A stretch of DNA of 64,000 nucleotides from assembly GCA_036654655.1 (NCBI GenBank), contig JAVVRP010000001.1:6251-70250 (forward strand). Direction: 5' to 3'. Every line of letters begins with the position of its first letter. The stretch's first letter is position 1. Shown here in pieces: positions 40,782-50,229 of this stretch. This DNA is from Clostridia bacterium (lineage in GTDB: Bacteria; Bacillota; Clostridia; Christensenellales; UBA1242). Below the pieces are notes generated by a model. It was not told where the DNA came from and did not search any database. It was given only the letters and a program-made list of their open reading frames with translations. A program made the translations under genes and the position numbers.

Positions 40782-40851
40782 ATTTAAAAATTTGAATAAT
40801 TGTTTGCAAACAAATTGTGTTATATTGTATAATAATTTTATGGAGAAAGCA

Positions 40852-41781
40852 ATGTTTGATATTGTTATAGTTGGCGGAGGGCCTGCTGGTTTAACATCTG
40901 CAATTTATGCCAGGCGAGCGGGCAAAAGTGTGGCCTTAATAGAACACTCAGTGCCGGGTGGGCAGGTTGGATTAACTCATGTTATAGAAAATTATCCGGG
41001 TTTTGAAAAAATTGACGGCGCAGAACTTGCAACAAAAATGTTTGAACAGGCATCTAACTTAGGCACCGAAATTTTTTTTGATGAAGTTTTGGGTTATAAT
41101 TTAACGTCAAAAATCAAGGTTATTAAAACTCATAATAATGTGTTTGAGTGTAAAGCATTAATTATATGTACAGGTGCGTCCGCCAAAGAACTTAATTTAA
41201 AAAATGAAAAACTGTTTTTGGGCAGGGGGGTAAGTTATTGCGCAACGTGCGATGGCAATTTTTTTAAAGATAAAATCGTTGCAGTTGTAGGTGGCGGAAA
41301 CACTTCTTTTGAAGATTGTTTATATCTTGCCAATATTGCAAAAAAAGTTTATTTAATTCATCGTAGAGATGAGTTCAGGGGTGATAAGCACACTTTGGAA
41401 AAAATAAAATCTCAGTGTCTTGGAGATAACCCTAAAATTGAACTTGTACTTTCAAGTGTAATTAGTCAAATTAACGGTACAAATAAACTGGAAAGCATTG
41501 TTGTGGAAAACAAGCAAACAAACACAAAAAGCACTATAAATGTAGATGGCCTTTTTGTTGCAATTGGAAGATCCCCAGACACTGGTTTAATTAAAGGCAT
41601 TGTTAATCTTACAGAAAATGGATTTATTATAACAGACGTTAAAAAACGCACTAATATTCAAGGTGTTTTTGCTGGCGGGGACGTTTGTGACAATCCGTTA
41701 AGGCAAATTGTTACTGCATGTGCGGATGGTGCAATTTGCGCAACTTCTGCACACGAATATATTTCACAAAACTTTAACTAA
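40852..41781 (+). CDS. trxB: thioredoxin-disulfide reductase
   Basis: Starts MFDIVIVGGGPAGLTSAIYARRAG (FAD GxGxxG) after a GGAGAAA RBS. Redox-active CATCDG and a second GGGNTSFED NADPH motif. The alternative start at 40840 adds 4 aa. Confidence 0.9.
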   Translation: MFDIVIVGGGPAGLTSAIYARRAGKSVALIEHSVPGGQVGLTHVIENYPGFEKIDGAELATKMFEQASNLGTEIFFDEVLGYNLTSKIKVIKTHNNVFECKALIICTGASAKELNLKNEKLFLGRGVSYCATCDGNFFKDKIVAVVGGGNTSFEDCLYLANIAKKVYLIHRRDEFRGDKHTLEKIKSQCLGDNPKIELVLSSVISQINGTNKLESIVVENKQTNTKSTINVDGLFVAIGRSPDTGLIKGIVNLTENGFIITDVKKRTNIQGVFAGGDVCDNPLRQIVTACADGAICATSAHEYISQNFN

Positions 41782-41822
41782 AAATTTTTATGTTTCATAT
41801 AAATTAAAATGGAAACAAAAAA

Positions 41823-42158
41823 ATGAAAGTAAAAATTTGTGATGCAAAAAAATTTGGAACTGCATTGTCAATTTTACAAGGTCGAACTGGCGCAAACATC
41901 ATTGTTGTGTGCACAACTTGTGAAACGCAAAAAAATATTGTTACTGGCATACAAAACGCTTTATGCAAACCGATAGTTTTGGAAAAACTGCCCTTAAACA
42001 AAGTGGAAAAGGCCATAGAAAACTTTAATGCAAATTTATGTGTTAAAGTTATGTTTTGCAAAAATATCTCAAATTTTTTTGAAACAACAATATTTAATGG
42101 AAGTGGAAAGCCAATTATTAAGCAACAGCAAATTAATTTGGAATTTTTATTGAAATAA
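41823..42158 (+). CDS. hypothetical small protein (111 aa)
   Basis: Chosen over the fully overlapping antisense ORF 41804..42163 because it is co-directional with its neighbours and has a less hydrophobic/low-complexity composition. No motif recognised. Confidence 0.4.
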   Translation: MKVKICDAKKFGTALSILQGRTGANIIVVCTTCETQKNIVTGIQNALCKPIVLEKLPLNKVEKAIENFNANLCVKVMFCKNISNFFETTIFNGSGKPIIKQQQINLEFLLK

Positions 42159-42321
42159 AGCATATACTACAAAATAAAACCCAAAAAAAACAATAAATAA
42201 TTAAAATATAAAAAGTTTGTGCGGGTTGTATAAAAGTACATTATTTGGCAAATATTTTAGCCAATTGTTTGACTATTTTAAATTTGGAGTTGTATACTAC
42301 TAACAGTTGAAAGGAGACAAC

Positions 42322-44079
42322 ATGAAAAAAATTTTATCTACATTATTACTCACCTTGCTTTTTATACCTTTTTCGTTTTTATTTTCCGCTTGTGGAGAAA
42401 AGGCGGTTGTAGGCATTGAAATTGCTGGGAATATTATATCAACAGGTATAATTGCCAAAAACACAGAACTTACTGGGCTTCAAGTACGATTTGCATATGA
42501 AGATAGCACAAAAAGCGAATATGTTGAAGTTACTGCTGATATGATAAGCGGTTACACAAAAACATATGCTGGAAAGCAAACTGTAACAGTTACATATCAA
42601 GAAAAAATTAATACATTTGATGTAATTGTTTATGATAAACTTATCACAACAAAGGCAGAACTACAAAGTGCTCAAACACAACAAACAGACAATGAGGTTT
42701 GGGCAATCAATGGAACAATTGGTTCAACCGAAGATTACATTATAACAAAACTAAGCAAAAAAGTTCAAATTTATGGAACAAAAAATGCCACTGTTTATGG
42801 AACTTTTTTTGTTGGTTCCGACAATGTAATAATTGATGGAATTAACTTATTTGTACGTGGTGGTGGTGGAGATTTTCTTAAAAATGGAATGAATTTGGTT
42901 TGCAAAATTGTAACAATTAAAAATTGCAAATTCACATTGCCAAATCCAACCGCACTTGCATTAACAGGCGGTGTTGGAAATGGAATTGTTATTTGGCCAT
43001 ATGGAACAGCAAATGCAAACATTCAAATTGTTAAAAACACTTTTATTGGTTTTAATGCAGTGGTGGCTGAATGGTGTTCATCAGCAATTGTTACAGCCGA
43101 AAATCTTGCAATGGATCGCTTTGGCAAAACAGGTGAAAGTTCAGTTACACTTGGGCTTACACAACAGCAAGAAGTTGCTTTTGGCTCAGAAAACACATTT
43201 AATGGTTGCACAATTAATTATGGAAGACAAAATTGGGCGGTAGGCAGTGATTCAATTATAACAATTTTAGGTGAAGAAACAGTTGAAGTATCAGGCACTG
43301 TTTTTGACAAAAATTGCAAATTTGTTTCACAAAATGTAATGGCTGGTTTAAAAGAAAAAAGTGAAGCACTTTTCACAAATTATTATAATAAGGAAAATAC
43401 ATCATCAGATAAAAAATCAAGACAAACAGTTGAAGTAACAGATCAAGAATTTTATATTGAAGTAACAAAAAATTTGATAATGAACCAAAATTCGTCAGTT
43501 TTAAAAATTAATAATATTATTGTAAATAACAATATTACAGGTTTCAGTACTGGAAATAACCGTTTCTTTGACAAAAAACCATATTTTATTAAAGACCAAA
43601 AACTTTATATTGCAGTTCCTGTGTTATCTGTTGAAGCAATAAATGGAAAAGTTATATGCAATTTAGATAATCAAGATTTTACAGTGTATGCATTTCCAGC
43701 AGGTGATAATCAATTGCAACTTAGCAACGTTTCAGCCGTAGCACCAGGAGATCATACAGGCACAGCAGGAAAAACATTTGCAAATAATGTTTACACAATT
43801 AATCATACAAAATCTCACGGAGATGTTTATATTCTATTTACATACAAAGTTGGAGAAAACACTTCTGTTGCAAGTGGAACACACGTGTTTACAAAAAAAG
43901 TTAAACAAAGTGGAACATCTTACGGGATGGATGTAACCGGAACAAATGGAACAACATTTTACTATCCAACTGCTTATAACACCGAGATTTACACAGGTAT
44001 CACTGAAATAAATTACACAGTAAACATTGTTGGATTGGGCACTGTTCATATGTTGGTTAAAGTTTCACCAGTTGCGTAA
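42322..44079 (+). CDS. surface lipoprotein with a Big_3-like Ig domain and probable right-handed beta-helix region (585 aa)
   Basis: AAGGAGA RBS, then ATG 42322. Lipobox LFSAC. Ig-like module ending GKQTVTVTYQEKINTFDVIVYD. G/N/T-rich repeats (VIIDGINLFVRGGGG..., IVKNTFIGFN) suggest a pectate-lyase-like fold. Confidence 0.6.
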   Translation: MKKILSTLLLTLLFIPFSFLFSACGEKAVVGIEIAGNIISTGIIAKNTELTGLQVRFAYEDSTKSEYVEVTADMISGYTKTYAGKQTVTVTYQEKINTFDVIVYDKLITTKAELQSAQTQQTDNEVWAINGTIGSTEDYIITKLSKKVQIYGTKNATVYGTFFVGSDNVIIDGINLFVRGGGGDFLKNGMNLVCKIVTIKNCKFTLPNPTALALTGGVGNGIVIWPYGTANANIQIVKNTFIGFNAVVAEWCSSAIVTAENLAMDRFGKTGESSVTLGLTQQQEVAFGSENTFNGCTINYGRQNWAVGSDSIITILGEETVEVSGTVFDKNCKFVSQNVMAGLKEKSEALFTNYYNKENTSSDKKSRQTVEVTDQEFYIEVTKNLIMNQNSSVLKINNIIVNNNITGFSTGNNRFFDKKPYFIKDQKLYIAVPVLSVEAINGKVICNLDNQDFTVYAFPAGDNQLQLSNVSAVAPGDHTGTAGKTFANNVYTINHTKSHGDVYILFTYKVGENTSVASGTHVFTKKVKQSGTSYGMDVTGTNGTTFYYPTAYNTEIYTGITEINYTVNIVGLGTVHMLVKVSPVA

Positions 44080-44094
44080 AAATATTAGCAAAAA

Positions 44095-44128
44095 CAAAAA
44101 ATGGTTGCTGTTACAACCATTTTTTTTA
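44095..44128 (+). terminator. rho-independent terminator
   Basis: aaaaaatggttg / caaccatttttt stem-loop with a T8 tail. Confidence 0.8.
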
Positions 44129-44235
44129 ATCTAAAACATATTAGTTCATTGACAAAAAACATGCTTAGTGGTATTTTAATTAAAATATTTTGTATTTAAA
44201 AATAAAATATTAAAGAAACAAAAGGTAAAAAAAAT

Positions 44236-46161
44236 ATGTTAAAAAACATTGAAAGCAAATTTAACAAATATTTAAATTTGGTGTGCAAAGACAAAGATTT
44301 AATTTTATATTCGCAGTGTTTTTTTAATGATTTATGTAAAGAATTTAATGGAAAAGTTTTTACAAAAAGTGATTTTGAAACACAAGTTTATAAAGGGAAA
44401 ACATATATACAGGACAGTGTAAAGTCACTGTTTAAGTTTAAAAGAGAAAGAAAAATTGACGAAATTTTTTATTATCTTTTTAAAAATAATGTTAACGTCA
44501 TTGAATATTTTTTACCCGAGCCATATGAAAACACATCTGCAGATTATGCTTATTACCGCAAAACAATAAGAATTGCAAAAATTAACATGGAAGAATTAAT
44601 TCAAAGTATTTTGGCAGAAAAAGATTTTAAAACAGAAACATTAACAGAGGAGCAAATATATCAAAAAGCATTGGGAGTTGCAAACGAAGTTGCAAGTTTT
44701 GAAAATAAAGAAAATTTGTATCATGAATTAGGGCATGTTTTGGACTTTAAAAGATTTAAGCATAAAAGCATAATTAAACATAGTTTTCAAACTCATTTTG
44801 TTTTAAGAAATATATTCGAAGATTATAAAACTTGTGAAACTGAAAGTTTAAATAAAAATGCTGATAAAACAATAATGTCAAATAAAAAAGTACTTAATTT
44901 GGCAAAGATGCAGGTTAAAAGAATTCAATTAGAAGGTGAAAGTGCATTAGATGAAATTTCAAATGAAGTATTTGTAAACAAACTTAATAATTGTTTTATA
45001 ATTAATCATTTTCAAAATATATCTTTAAATCGTGAAAGTTTGTTTCAAGGTGTGATGGAAGGTAATTGTTCATATAATGAAGACATTGATATTTTAACTT
45101 TTTTAGAAATGGCGTCAAAAAAAACAAGAGTGAAAGACACGTTGTTTAATTCTCATTTAATTATTAATGAACTAAATGGCAAAAATTTTGTTTCAAAATT
45201 GCCAATGTATAAAAAAAAGATAATAGAAGAAATTTCAAAAGATGTAATTATCAAAAAAAATGATTTTGAATTTTTTGAATGTGAAAAACTTATTAAAAAC
45301 TTTTCTATTTTTGACACAATAACTTTTGCAATGGGAGTGGTTAAGTTATTTAGACAAAGTTGCAAAAATAGTTGTGATAAAATAAAAATTAATGAAATAC
45401 AGTTAAAAGAGGAAATAAAAACTAAAACGAATAAAAATTTATATTTAACTACTTTATTAAAAGATGGCAATGGAAAAATTAAGGAATTAAAATTTAAAAA
45501 TAAAAAATTGGCAGAAGAAGTTGAATTGAGCAAAAAAATCCAGTTAAATTTTAAAAAAATTTTAAAAGAAATGTTTTTAGAAATTATTAAAGAAAATATG
45601 CTTAAAGAAATTAATGATTCAAAAACAATTAAGGATGAAAAATATTTTGTAGAGTTAAATAATAAACTTGAAAACATTAATACTTTTATTGGGTATGATT
45701 TTGAAATTGAATACAAAAATTATTATAATTTTGATACCAAAGAGGGCAATTTAAATTTAGTTTTGTTAAATGATAAAACTGTTGAAAATTATGCAACAGA
45801 AAAACCAAACGAAAATTTATATCAGTTATTTAATGAAATTGTAAAACTTGCTGAAAACGAAGTGATAACCCATTCGTCAAATGCAAAAGATTTTATTCCA
45901 ACAATGACATTTTTGTTAAAACAAATTAAATTAAAACAAAAATTAAAAACAAGAGAAACTTTAACAAAAATGGAATTAAATTATTTGGATAGTCAAAGCA
46001 AGTTAAACAATAATTACAACAATTTAAATAACCAACAAGAACTGGAAATGCAAGAGGAAATTAACAGGCGAAAAAAAATTTATCAACAATATTTGCAAGT
46101 GCATAACATAAAAGTTCACAACAAAAATGTTAATCAAAAATCGCAAGAAATTAATTTATAA
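44236..46161 (+). CDS. large K/N/E-rich hypothetical protein (641 aa) with a single HExxH motif
   Basis: Long uninterrupted ORF with a LYHELGHVLDF zincin-like motif around residue 163. The remainder is low-complexity helical. It appears to be the most AT-rich coding region of the window by eye. Confidence 0.55.
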   Translation: MLKNIESKFNKYLNLVCKDKDLILYSQCFFNDLCKEFNGKVFTKSDFETQVYKGKTYIQDSVKSLFKFKRERKIDEIFYYLFKNNVNVIEYFLPEPYENTSADYAYYRKTIRIAKINMEELIQSILAEKDFKTETLTEEQIYQKALGVANEVASFENKENLYHELGHVLDFKRFKHKSIIKHSFQTHFVLRNIFEDYKTCETESLNKNADKTIMSNKKVLNLAKMQVKRIQLEGESALDEISNEVFVNKLNNCFIINHFQNISLNRESLFQGVMEGNCSYNEDIDILTFLEMASKKTRVKDTLFNSHLIINELNGKNFVSKLPMYKKKIIEEISKDVIIKKNDFEFFECEKLIKNFSIFDTITFAMGVVKLFRQSCKNSCDKIKINEIQLKEEIKTKTNKNLYLTTLLKDGNGKIKELKFKNKKLAEEVELSKKIQLNFKKILKEMFLEIIKENMLKEINDSKTIKDEKYFVELNNKLENINTFIGYDFEIEYKNYYNFDTKEGNLNLVLLNDKTVENYATEKPNENLYQLFNEIVKLAENEVITHSSNAKDFIPTMTFLLKQIKLKQKLKTRETLTKMELNYLDSQSKLNNNYNNLNNQQELEMQEEINRRKKIYQQYLQVHNIKVHNKNVNQKSQEINL

Positions 46162-46166
46162 AACTG

Positions 46167-47864
46167 TTATTTTTCAACTGAATTTTTTTTTGGAGAATAT
46201 GTCGGTTTTATTTTACTGTGGAAAAACTTTTTATTGCCAGTCGTGCTTTTTGTCCCAATTGTTTTTTTCTTTTCAAAAGAAAAATTTTTATCGGCAAATT
46301 TTTGTTTGCCGTTAAATCTGGAAGTTTCTTTAAATTCACTTTTTGGTGCATAACTTCTTTTTTCTCCAAATTTTGAACGAGATAAGTTTTGGTCTTGAAA
46401 AGAATCTTTTGTTTTATCATAAGACGATTTAGAATATGTTGTTTTTTTGTCCGTATAACTTTTATTTAATTTTTCGTTTATTTTTAAGGCATATCTTGGT
46501 GAAGAATGTGCTTTACTTGCATAATGAACTTCTGCACTTTTTGTTGCCAATTCATTATTAAAAGATTTTCCAAGTGGTTTGCTATTTGTTCTTTTTGATA
46601 TATTAAAATTTTGTGATTTGCCTTGGTGCGACCCAGTAAAGTTATTTTTAAAAGATGGTGCAGAAAAATTTTTTTTTCTTTCACCAGAAAAACTTACACC
46701 CCTAGAACTTTTCTCATTCAAAAAATTTGTTTCTTGCAAATATTTATCTTGCGCTGTGTCCCCATTAAGCAATATTTGATTAATTGTTGCTTTTGTTTCT
46801 TTTTCAATTAAAGCAAGTTGTTTAATTTGCATTCTTGTTGTAACAAAAGAAATTGCCACTCCTGTTAACCCCGCACGCCCAGTTCTGCCAATGCGGTGAA
46901 TGTAATATTCAACATCTTTTGGAATGTCATAATTAAAAATTATATCAACATTTTTAACATCAATTCCACGTGCAGCAACGTCAGTTGCCACCAAGTAATT
47001 AACTTTTCCAGATTTAAGTTCTTGCATTGCTTTTTGTCTGGCACTTTGCCTCATATCTCCATGAAGAGAAACAGCCTTTAACCCGTTTAAAACAAGCATA
47101 TCTGTAACATCGTCAACCATTTTCTTTGTGTTGCAAAAAATAATTGAAGTTGTTGGTTTCATATCTAAACATAATTGAATAAGAGCGTCTTTCTTTTCAT
47201 GAAAAACAAACGACTGTTTAATTAATTTTGTTGTTTCATTTTTATTTCCAACTTCAATAAGAATTGGATTTTTCATAAATTCGTTTGTTATTTTTAAAAT
47301 TGGAGCGGGTAGTGTTGCAGAAAACATAACAGTTTGTCGTTCTGGATTAACTTTTGCTAAAATTGTTTCAATGTCTTCTTTAAAACCCATGTTTAACATT
47401 TCATCTGCTTCATCAAGAACAGCCATTTTTAAAAAGTCCATTTTAAGGGTGCGTCTTCGCAAGTGATCCATAATCCTTCCCGGTGTGCCAACAACAATTT
47501 TTGCACCATTTTTAAGCGCCATTTTTTGCCTGTCCATGCTGTTGCCACCAAAAATAGGAACAACCTTGCAAGATTCTTTAAAAGCAGTTATTTTTTTAAA
47601 TTCTTCACATACTTGAATTGCAAGTTCGCGTGTTGGGCAAACCACAAGTACCTGAACGCAACTTCGTGTGGTGTCAACTTTTTCTATTGCTGGAATTGCA
47701 TATGCAATGGTTTTTCCACTTCCAGTTTGTGATTTTCCAATAACGTCTTTGCCTTCCATTATAAGAGGTAAACATTTTGATTGAATTTCAGTGGCTTCTT
47801 CAAACCCCTGCTTTGCAACTGCGTCTATTATGTATTGTGGTAAATTAAGTTCGGTAAATTTCAT
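46167..47864 (-). CDS. DEAD-box ATP-dependent RNA helicase (CshA-like) with a long basic S/K-rich C-terminal tail
   Basis: Q-motif (GFEEATEIQ), Walker A SQTGSGKT, DEAD (VLDEADEM), SAT, HRIGRTGRAG, followed by about 190 aa of K/S/N-rich tail. Confidence 0.93.
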   Translation of the reverse strand: MKFTELNLPQYIIDAVAKQGFEEATEIQSKCLPLIMEGKDVIGKSQTGSGKTIAYAIPAIEKVDTTRSCVQVLVVCPTRELAIQVCEEFKKITAFKESCKVVPIFGGNSMDRQKMALKNGAKIVVGTPGRIMDHLRRRTLKMDFLKMAVLDEADEMLNMGFKEDIETILAKVNPERQTVMFSATLPAPILKITNEFMKNPILIEVGNKNETTKLIKQSFVFHEKKDALIQLCLDMKPTTSIIFCNTKKMVDDVTDMLVLNGLKAVSLHGDMRQSARQKAMQELKSGKVNYLVATDVAARGIDVKNVDIIFNYDIPKDVEYYIHRIGRTGRAGLTGVAISFVTTRMQIKQLALIEKETKATINQILLNGDTAQDKYLQETNFLNEKSSRGVSFSGERKKNFSAPSFKNNFTGSHQGKSQNFNISKRTNSKPLGKSFNNELATKSAEVHYASKAHSSPRYALKINEKLNKSYTDKKTTYSKSSYDKTKDSFQDQNLSRSKFGEKRSYAPKSEFKETSRFNGKQKFADKNFSFEKKKTIGTKSTTGNKKFFHSKIKPTYSPKKNSVEK

Positions 47865-48365
47865 TTTTTCTCCTTTGATTTTTAAAGTTAATTATATTTT
47901 TTTAATGTTATTTTAAATTAGAAAACAAAATTTTAATTAACCAATAAAATTTTTGCCTCATTCACAATTTTTAAAACCTGCATCACCAGATTTTTTTGAA
48001 CGATTTGCAAGTTTACAAGTATTAATACTTAACAGAACACACAACAACAAAAATAAATATGCGTTTGTTAAAGCACAACAATGCAAAACTTTTAATTTAG
48101 CATAATATTAAATTTTTTAAAAAATAAAATTTATATAAATGCCTCGAACAAGTTCCAAAGCGAACATCACTCAATTATACATCAAAATAATGATGTTTTT
48201 TTGTTCGAGGCGTTTGCTTTACACAATAATTGTTTTTAATAACGCTTAATCATATCACACATAACACGTTTAGTCAATAACAATAAAAACTTTTTTAACA
48301 AACAAAAATATTTGCAAATATTTTTGTTTTAAGTTATTATTATTGCAAAGATAATCACAAAAAAC

Positions 48366-48851
48366 ATGGAGAACGCTATGCGACAATTTGAAAAGGTTGC
48401 TAAACAACATATTAAATATAATAATTTTAATGTAAAACTACCCGCAAGAGCAACAGCACATTCTGTGGGCTATGATTTTTACTCGCCAATAGAATGTGTG
48501 ATAAAACAAAATGAAACAAAACTTATTTTTACAAATGTAAAAGCAAAATTTAATTTTAATGAAGCATTAATTTTATCATCAACAAGCGGAATGGGAAAAA
48601 AAGGAATAATTCTTGCAAATGGCATTGGAGTTGTTGAATGCGACTATTATGGAAATAAAGATAATGATGGCAACATTGGGTTTATGTTGCATAATCAATT
48701 AGAAAACGATTACATAATTAACATTGATGACAAAATAGGGCAAGGATTTTTTATCAATTATTTAACTGTTGATAATGAAAAAGAAGTTATTACTCAGCGT
48801 GTCGGTGGCTTTGGAAGCACAAATAAAACAATTAAAAATATCAATAACTAA
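48366..48851 (+). CDS. dut: dUTP diphosphatase
   Basis: 161 aa with motifs SVGYDFYSP, GVVECDYYGN and C-terminal RVGGFGSTNK, typical of trimeric dUTPases. A TTGCAA-17-TATTAT promoter lies at 48312-48340. Confidence 0.8.
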   Translation: MENAMRQFEKVAKQHIKYNNFNVKLPARATAHSVGYDFYSPIECVIKQNETKLIFTNVKAKFNFNEALILSSTSGMGKKGIILANGIGVVECDYYGNKDNDGNIGFMLHNQLENDYIINIDDKIGQGFFINYLTVDNEKEVITQRVGGFGSTNKTIKNINN

Positions 48852-48996
48852 ATTAGTTTTAACAACTTGTTTTGCACATATTCCCACACAAGTTTTGGAG
48901 TTGGGGTTAAAATATATTGTTTATTTTCTAGTTTTTTTACAAAAAGGTTTTGCGTTTGCGACAAATTCTGCTATAATAATCAAAAGGAGGCAAGAA

Positions 48997-50142
48997 ATGG
49001 AAAAGGAAAAATATTTGAATGGAATGTTGGATAATGTTGGGATTTATGAACTAAGAGAACTTGCCCGACGTGTTGGGGTTGCTTCACCAACCACAAAAAC
49101 AAGAAACGTTTTGGTTGAAGAAATAGAAAAAGTTTTAAATGGAGAACAGCCAAAACCATTGCATGTTGTAAGTTCTGCAAGCACAGGCAGACCTCCTAAA
49201 AAAATGGAAGATTTTGATGCGTTGTTTGATTTAATTGTTCCAAAGGCAATTAGAGATATGGCTCCTCAAATTCAAGAATCGGCAACTTTTACATTTGGAA
49301 GTGATGATGAAAGCACAAGGCCACAAAACAAAACAGTTTCGGGTGTGTGCAGAATAATTGAAGGAGCAGTGTATTTTCATGATACATCAACTTTAAGTAG
49401 CCCAAGAGTTGTTTCTGCACCTTCGCAGGTGGTGGAATTGTATAATCTTGAAGAGGGTGACAGAATTGTTGGCGAGGCAAAAGTTTTGCGTGGCAGAGGG
49501 TTTTGTGTACTTACAGATATATTTTCAATAAATAACAACTTAAAACTTGAAAACAGAAAAAAAATTGATTTTAGTGCTATTGTTAAAAGCAATGAAATAA
49601 TTAATATTGCTGCTCAAAAAGTAAACGAGGGAACAAGGGCTGTGTTTTATTCTCCAAGTACAACAGAATTTGCTCAAAAACTTGCAAAGGAGTTATGCTC
49701 ACTTAAAAATCAAGGATATGTTCCAATTTTGCTTGCAACAAATGTTTCACCAGAAAATCTGAGCGCCCTGCGTTCTGCTCTTTCGGATACAAGTTTTATA
49801 ACGCAATATGAAGACACTCTTTTTGTGTGCGAACAAAACATAACAGATGCAATAATAAGTGCAAAAGCATTGGCAAGAAGTGGCAAAAAAGTTGTTTTTG
49901 TGGCTTTTGAACTGGAACAGATTGTGCAGTCCTTAAACCTATATCATGCGTCAAATGGTGCTCATTTTTTTCAGGGGCACACAATAAAAGCAATAGAAAC
50001 TGTTAAGGCAATGTTTTCTCTTGCAAGGTGTTTGGATAATGGCGGAAGCATAACAACAGTTGTTTCGTGCTCAACCCCGCTTCGTGATGATGTGTTAAAA
50101 ACAGAATTAGAAAAACTTTCTTTTAAAATGTTTAACTTTTAA
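48997..50142 (+). CDS. Rho-homologous protein with degenerate Walker A/B motifs and truncated C-terminus (381 aa)
   Basis: AAAGGAGG RBS, then ATG 48997 (the track ORF extends spuriously to 48769). Rho_N-like IYELRELARRVGV..., Rho RNA-binding-like VSAPSQVVELYNLEEGDRIVGEA, and a RecA-like core colinear with Rho but with SPSTTEF in place of PPKAGKT. Confidence 0.6.
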   Translation: MEKEKYLNGMLDNVGIYELRELARRVGVASPTTKTRNVLVEEIEKVLNGEQPKPLHVVSSASTGRPPKKMEDFDALFDLIVPKAIRDMAPQIQESATFTFGSDDESTRPQNKTVSGVCRIIEGAVYFHDTSTLSSPRVVSAPSQVVELYNLEEGDRIVGEAKVLRGRGFCVLTDIFSINNNLKLENRKKIDFSAIVKSNEIINIAAQKVNEGTRAVFYSPSTTEFAQKLAKELCSLKNQGYVPILLATNVSPENLSALRSALSDTSFITQYEDTLFVCEQNITDAIISAKALARSGKKVVFVAFELEQIVQSLNLYHASNGAHFFQGHTIKAIETVKAMFSLARCLDNGGSITTVVSCSTPLRDDVLKTELEKLSFKMFNF

Positions 50143-50229
50143 ACAATTTTTCAATAATAAGAGCAAATCGTTTGCAAAATTTTTTATATTTTGATACTAT
50201 TTTATAGTAAAAAAACAACAGGAGAGTAT

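Noticed and set aside
40574-40795. 73-aa alternative-frame ORF overlapping rpsU
   Set aside because: The frame starting at 40558 gives a textbook S21 sequence with a strong RBS. The alternative frame has no RBS and no similarity to anything I recognise.
41804-42163. 119-aa - strand ORF mirroring the 111-aa + strand ORF
   Set aside because: Only one can be real. The - strand product is F/L/C/I-rich with no start context. The + strand ORF is co-directional with trxB and the lipoprotein gene, although even that call is low confidence.
45153-45716. 187-aa - strand ORF inside the 641-aa K/N-rich gene
   Set aside because: It is antisense to a much longer ORF, and its F/S/L/I-rich product is the complement of K/N/E codons. 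It reflects extreme AT composition rather than coding.
48769-48996. N-terminal 76-codon extension of the Rho-like ORF, overlapping the end of dut
   Set aside because: The extension has no RBS, overlaps dut by 83 nt and runs through a good promoter (TTGCGT-16-TGCTATAAT). A perfect AAAGGAGG RBS precedes the internal ATG at 48997, where the Rho_N-like sequence begins.
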